The translations under genes were made by a program, and so were the position numbers. The notes below the pieces were generated by a model. That model ran no database searches. It was not told the origin of the DNA and saw only the letters and a program-made list of their open reading frames with translations. This document shows positions 59,729 through 64,000 of a stretch of DNA of 64,000 nucleotides, piece by piece. Source of the DNA: an uncultured Spirochaetota bacterium (GTDB lineage: Bacteria; Spirochaetota; Spirochaetia; SZUA-6; Fen-1364); assembly GCA_963820525.1 (NCBI GenBank), contig CAWGAA010000001.1:2720001-2784000 (forward strand), in the 5' to 3' direction. The stretch's first letter is position 1, and each line of letters begins with the position of its first letter.

Positions 59729-61126
59729 ATGAGCACGGATCAAACCCGCATCCCGCTCGTACACCTTGCCTGGCCCATTCTCGTTGAAAACATGCTGCGC
59801 ACGTCGCTCATGAGCATCGACACCTTCATGCTCAGCCGATACTCCCTCGATGCCGTGGCCGCCATGAGCCTGGTCAACCAGTTCGCGTTCTTCATCCAGC
59901 TTCTCTACATGATGGTGGCTTTCGGCGCAAGCATCCTGATCTCGCAGAATCTTGGCGCCGGAAAGCGACGGGAAGCCGGGCTGGTGGGCGTTGCGAGCAT
60001 CACCCTGATCGTCGGGTTTTCCCTGGCCCTTTCCGTGACGCTCGCGCTGATCACCAGGCCCATCCTCGGGCTCTACAAGCTCGACCCCTTGGTCTCTACA
60101 TATGCCGGACAGTTCCTCCTCATCTATGGAGGTCTCTCCTTCTTCATGGCGCTCAACATCATCCAGGCGAGCATCCTGAGGGCATGGGGGTATCCCCGCC
60201 CTCCCATGTACGTCAATATCTTCGCGCTCATCCTGACCATGGCGGGCAACGCCTTCAGCCTCTTCGGCCTCTGGGGTTTTCCCATCCTGGGCGTCATTGG
60301 GGTGGCATCGTCGACCGTGTTGAGCCAATTCATCGCCTGCATTCTCTTTTTCATCATCATGCGAAGGAAAAAGGAAATCGAGCTGCCCCTTCGCTCCCTT
60401 ACCCGGATCCCGAGATCCGTGTACAGATCGATTCTCGGGGTCGGGGTTCCAACAGCGGGGGAAAGCCTCTCCTATAACGTCTCTCAGATCGTGAACATGT
60501 CCATGGTGGCCGGCATGGGCACGCAGGCGTTGGCGGCGTACGGAATCCTCATCGCCCTGATCCGCTACACTCTCATGCCGGCGCTCTCCATCGGCACCGG
60601 CGTCCAGATCAAGGTCGGGTACTTCGTCGGGTCGGGAAAGCACGACGAGGCGAAAAGGAATGTGTACCGATATTTCGCGATGGGCTTTCTTGTTTCCATT
60701 CTTGCCGTCGGAATCCTCAACATCGTGAAGCGCCCTCTCCTCGGGCTTTTCTCGGAGGACGAAGAGCTGATAGCCCTGGCGGCGACGGTTCTCCTCGTTT
60801 CCCTGGTCCATGAGCCGGGCCGAAGCTTCAATACGATCATCATTCCCGCCTTGAAAGGCGCGGGCGATGTCAAGTTTCCCGTCTACGCGGGAATCATTTC
60901 AAATTGGGGCATCAGCGTGTTCGGCTGCTGGCTTCTCGGCGTGCGGCTGGGGCTCGGGCTTGTCGGGGTCTGGATTGCCATGGCTTCGGACGAATGGGCG
61001 CGGGGAATCGTGATGCTTCTGCGCTGGCGGTCGGGCATCTGGAAACACAAGAACCTTATTACACCGGCCGGCCAAGATCCTTCCGTGCCGCTTCTCCCTT
61101 TGGCGGAAGTGGAACGGGGAGACTGA
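59729..61126 (+). CDS. MATE-family efflux transporter
   Basis: LAWPILVEN, DTFMLS, SQNLGAG, LKGAGD, LGLVGVW; about 12 TMs. Confidence 0.93.
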   Translation: MSTDQTRIPLVHLAWPILVENMLRTSLMSIDTFMLSRYSLDAVAAMSLVNQFAFFIQLLYMMVAFGASILISQNLGAGKRREAGLVGVASITLIVGFSLALSVTLALITRPILGLYKLDPLVSTYAGQFLLIYGGLSFFMALNIIQASILRAWGYPRPPMYVNIFALILTMAGNAFSLFGLWGFPILGVIGVASSTVLSQFIACILFFIIMRRKKEIELPLRSLTRIPRSVYRSILGVGVPTAGESLSYNVSQIVNMSMVAGMGTQALAAYGILIALIRYTLMPALSIGTGVQIKVGYFVGSGKHDEAKRNVYRYFAMGFLVSILAVGILNIVKRPLLGLFSEDEELIALAATVLLVSLVHEPGRSFNTIIIPALKGAGDVKFPVYAGIISNWGISVFGCWLLGVRLGLGLVGVWIAMASDEWARGIVMLLRWRSGIWKHKNLITPAGQDPSVPLLPLAEVERGD

Positions 61127-61251
61127 GTCCTCAGCTCCCAGCGCGGCGGCGGATAGAAAAAAACGTTTGGGCGATGGCCCTGGCAGCCCACGGCGGGGTT
61201 ATAGTGACATATTTCTGAAAAAGGAGCGCTTCAGGGCCGAGCGCGTGGAGG

Positions 61252-62076
61252 ATGAAAATGAACATGTTTGCAGAGAAAGTCGCCATAGTGACGGGCGGTG
61301 CTTCAGGTATTGGAAAAGCCGTCTGTGTAAATCTGGCCCGACATGGCGCCCGTGTGATCATCGCGGATCGTGATCTGCCCGGGGCGCAAGAGACTGAGTC
61401 ATTCATCACGTCGAATGGCGGCGCCGCTAAAGCGATGTGCGTGGATGTATCCAATCCTCACGATGTGGAATCTCTCATTGAAAATGCCGTGAGAGACCAT
61501 GGCCGGATCGACTTTCTCTTCAATAATGCGGGCATCTCGATAAATGGAGAATTCCAGGATCTCGAATTGGAGCATTGGAAACGCGTGTTGGACGTCAATC
61601 TGTGGGGCGTGGTTTATGGATGCCATTACGCGTATCCCATCATGAAAAGGCAGGGATTCGGTCACATTATCAATACGGCATCCCTGGCCGGTCTGATACC
61701 GCAAGGGCTGGGTACTATTTATTCCGCCAGCAAACATGCCGTGGTTGGTTTTTCATTGGCTTTGCGGGGAGAAGCGAAGCAGTACGGCATAAAAGTCAGC
61801 GCGCTGTGCCCGGGGTACATCAGGACGAACATCCAAAAGACGTCTTTGATGGTTTCCGACTATATGAACTCGGAAAAAAACAAGCAAATGGAAGCCGGAA
61901 TGAAATTCCTCACTCCCGAGGATTGCATCGATCAAATGATGCGCGGGGTGAAGCGGAACAAGGGAATAATCGTTTCGCCGGGAAGATTCAAAGCGTTCTG
62001 GTGGCTGCAGAGATTGTTTCCCGGGTTCATGCCGGCAATGTGGGACAGAATAATCAAGCACATGAAGAGGGCGTAG
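61252..62076 (+). CDS. Short-chain dehydrogenase/reductase
   Basis: TGGASGIG, NNAG, YSASK. Confidence 0.93.
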   Translation: MKMNMFAEKVAIVTGGASGIGKAVCVNLARHGARVIIADRDLPGAQETESFITSNGGAAKAMCVDVSNPHDVESLIENAVRDHGRIDFLFNNAGISINGEFQDLELEHWKRVLDVNLWGVVYGCHYAYPIMKRQGFGHIINTASLAGLIPQGLGTIYSASKHAVVGFSLALRGEAKQYGIKVSALCPGYIRTNIQKTSLMVSDYMNSEKNKQMEAGMKFLTPEDCIDQMMRGVKRNKGIIVSPGRFKAFWWLQRLFPGFMPAMWDRIIKHMKRA

Positions 62077-62079
62077 AGA

Positions 62080-62907
62080 ATGGCTTCGACGGGTCATGAC
62101 GATGGAATCGGGAAATTCAGAATAATAAAGCCGTCCTTTCTCAGGCGTCTCATGATAGAAGGCCTCGATGCCATACCTCCCGGCCATACAATGATGGCGC
62201 TGCTGGAGCTCGACGTTACGAAAGCGCGAAAAGCTCTCCGCGGACTAAGGGCAAACGGCAGGAAGGTATCTCTGTTCGCCTTCGTCATCAAGGCCATCGC
62301 CACGGCCGTTTCCGAGAACAAGGAGCTGAACTCGATCCGTGGCGCCAAAGGCATCGTCGAGTTTGAAGATATAGACGTCAATGTGCCCATGGAGCTGAAT
62401 TCCGCAGGGGAGAAATTCCCCCGCCAGCTCGTCATCCGAAAAGCTCATGAAAAAAGCGTGGAACGGATTTGCCAGGAGGTGAACGAGGCAAGAGAGCAAT
62501 TCACAATGGCCGGCCATGCCGGGCAGGAAGACAAATGGGCTTTGAATCTTATGAGGAGGCTGTTTCTTGTGCCGAAGCTTTTACGGCGTTTGATTCTGAG
62601 AGCCCTCTACATGAATCCGTTCACCGTAAAAAGAATGGCCGGCACGATCTTCGTTTCTTCCGTGGGCACTTTCACAAAGACACCCGGTTTCGTGGTGCCC
62701 TACATGGGCGGACCCCGCGCCGTGTCTTTCATCCTGGGAAGCGTTGTCAACAAGCCCGTCATCGTGGGCGGGGAGAGTCAGGCAAGAGAGATGTTGTCCA
62801 TGACCATCGTATTCAATCACGACATAGTGGATGGCGCGCCGGCTGCCCGCTTTGTAAATCGTTTGAGAAGGATCATAGAAGGCGTCCAACCCGTCACGTC
62901 CGGATAA
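62080..62907 (+). CDS. Stand-alone 2-oxoacid dehydrogenase E2-like acyltransferase catalytic domain
   Basis: ELDVT, FVIKA, GTIFVSSVG, FNHDIVDGAPAARF (HxxxDG); no lipoyl domain. Confidence 0.85.
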   Translation: MASTGHDDGIGKFRIIKPSFLRRLMIEGLDAIPPGHTMMALLELDVTKARKALRGLRANGRKVSLFAFVIKAIATAVSENKELNSIRGAKGIVEFEDIDVNVPMELNSAGEKFPRQLVIRKAHEKSVERICQEVNEAREQFTMAGHAGQEDKWALNLMRRLFLVPKLLRRLILRALYMNPFTVKRMAGTIFVSSVGTFTKTPGFVVPYMGGPRAVSFILGSVVNKPVIVGGESQAREMLSMTIVFNHDIVDGAPAARFVNRLRRIIEGVQPVTSG

Positions 62908-62928
62908 AGCAGGCAGCCTTCGCGGGCC

Positions 62929-63132
62929 TCAGGCCGTCGGGGGGACTTGAGCCTTCCTGCGCTCAGCGGCACAAGGCGCATTCTTTGTGGTGTATTCACC
63001 CAGCTTCCGGCACCAAACCGCGGCAAAGGTCCGGCAGGGCCCTGCGCCGTCAACGTCCGTGTCTTTGGGGAAATCTGCGCTTGGGCAGTCGAAATCGCAG
63101 AACCTGGTCTTTGAAGATTCCTCCGCGCTCAT
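62929..63132 (-). CDS. Small Cys-rich hypothetical protein (67 aa)
   Basis: FCDFDC...GPCRTF..WC...KNAPC; TATTCT 7 nt before ATG. Confidence 0.55.
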   Translation of the reverse strand: MSAEESSKTRFCDFDCPSADFPKDTDVDGAGPCRTFAAVWCRKLGEYTTKNAPCAAERRKAQVPPTA

Positions 63133-63223
63133 CCCAAAGAGAATACCGCCGCCTGTCGGCGCGGCGCCCGGCAAGCGGCGGAGGGAGACATTGCTCCTTT
63201 GCTTCAGCAGCGGCGGAGCCGCC

Positions 63224-63730
63224 TCATGATGCTCTCAGGCTCTCGGCCAGGCGATCCAGCATTTCCATCCAGCCCTGCCGGGTCCCATCACGCTCCTTGA
63301 CGGCTTTCGGGAAGGAATGCCGCAGGGTGAGCCTTGTCTTTCCCTCATGCTCTGCGAACGTCACGGTGACAAGCGTCTCCGCGGGATGATCCGGGCTCAT
63401 GCCGTAGAGGGTCGGCGATACGGGGTTTCCTTGCGGGTCTGCAAAAGCGTCTGTGTAGACGATTTTTTCATTGGGAACGATCTCACGATAGATTCCGATT
63501 CCCCAGACGCCCTTGCCTTCGGGGGGCTGCATGCAATAATGGAAGGCCCCGCCTGGCCGGAGATCCACTTTGCAGGAGGGCGTTGTCCAATCCTTCGGGG
63601 CCCACCAGCGCACCAGGTGCTTCGGGTCTGTCCATGCCTTGAAGACCAGCTCCCGAGGAGCGTCCAAGACACGGGTGATAATGATATCGCTATCGGCCTT
63701 GGCCGACGCGTCCTTAGTTCTTTGTTCCAT
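63224..63730 (-). CDS. SRPBCC (AHSA1/START-like) domain protein
   Basis: ITRVLDAPRELVFKAWTDP, DLRPGG, GWMEMLDRL. Confidence 0.92.
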   Translation of the reverse strand: MEQRTKDASAKADSDIIITRVLDAPRELVFKAWTDPKHLVRWWAPKDWTTPSCKVDLRPGGAFHYCMQPPEGKGVWGIGIYREIVPNEKIVYTDAFADPQGNPVSPTLYGMSPDHPAETLVTVTFAEHEGKTRLTLRHSFPKAVKERDGTRQGWMEMLDRLAESLRAS

Positions 63731-64000
63731 GCTTCTTCTCCTTCTGCAGCTCATGCAGATATTCATCCAGACGATCGAGGCTTTTCTCCCAGAGTGTGCG
63801 ATAACGCTCTATCCATTCGTCAGCATCCTTGAGAGGCTGCGCCTCCAGCCTGCACGGCCGCCATTGCGCCTCCCGCCGGCGGGAGATCAGGCCGGCCTTT
63901 TCCAGCACCTTGAGGTGCTTGGTAATGGCGGGCAGGGTCATTGTAAAAGGCTGGGCAAGCTTCTTTACGGAAGCTTCTCCAGAGCTTAAGGAGGCGAGGA
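63714..64000 (-). CDS. ArsR/SmtB-family HTH regulator; 5' end outside the window
   Basis: LAQPFTMTLPAITKHLKVLEKAGLI..AQWRPC; overlaps the SRPBCC gene, a common pairing. Confidence 0.9.
   Translation of the reverse strand, partial: LASLSSGEASVKKLAQPFTMTLPAITKHLKVLEKAGLISRRREAQWRPCRLEAQPLKDADEWIERYRTLWEKSLDRLDEYLHELQKEKKHGTKN

Noticed and set aside
602..63989. Many long overlapping or antisense ORFs in the six-frame track (for example 1035-1793, 15736-17187, 17483-18925, 44884-46179, 52159-53976)
   Set aside because: These are shadow frames of real genes, expected in GC-rich DNA; they are Arg/Pro/Gly-rich with no recognisable motifs
1..64000. CRISPR array, rRNA, prophage
   Set aside because: No regularly spaced repeats, rRNA-like sequence, cas genes or phage genes were seen

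Overview
GC-rich bacterial chromosome segment. The gene content suggests an anaerobic Spirochaetia-like organism, which is inference only. It is mostly housekeeping metabolism: aroC, a PtsN-like/PII-like/GlpA-like flavoprotein operon, fabH-fabDGF, yitJ-type MTase/MTHFR, metE, ptb, proBA, glgX, gltBD and ilvBN-leuCD, plus signalling genes (class III cyclase, REC-PAS-PP2C, CHASE4 HisKA_2 kinase, MCP). Two tRNAs are present, Leu-CAA and an Ile2-like CAU. Accessory DNA falls in three places. (1) Two integrase-less islets lie downstream of tRNA-Leu, bounded by two partial tRNA-Leu copies at 21130-21146 and 23595-23643 that overlap by 8 nt. They carry a WYL regulator/GyrI-like/VOC set and an AT-rich orphan beta-barrel-like gene. 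(2) An AT-richer block at about 36360-41398 holds an RHH-RelE toxin-antitoxin pair and a translationally coupled gene pair: a barrel/transglutaminase-like/TPR protein and a 2xFn3-like/2xDUF1566 lipoprotein. This pair is the best candidate for an undescribed surface system. (3) A complete IS1182-family element with a CTAG target duplication sits just upstream of gltB. A small self-contained promoter-hairpins-terminator unit at 20957-21098 may be an sRNA or small ORF. Many genes look leaderless. Five genes are broken by single-base homopolymer indels, most likely long-read assembly errors. All product calls come from motif recognition by eye; no searches were run.
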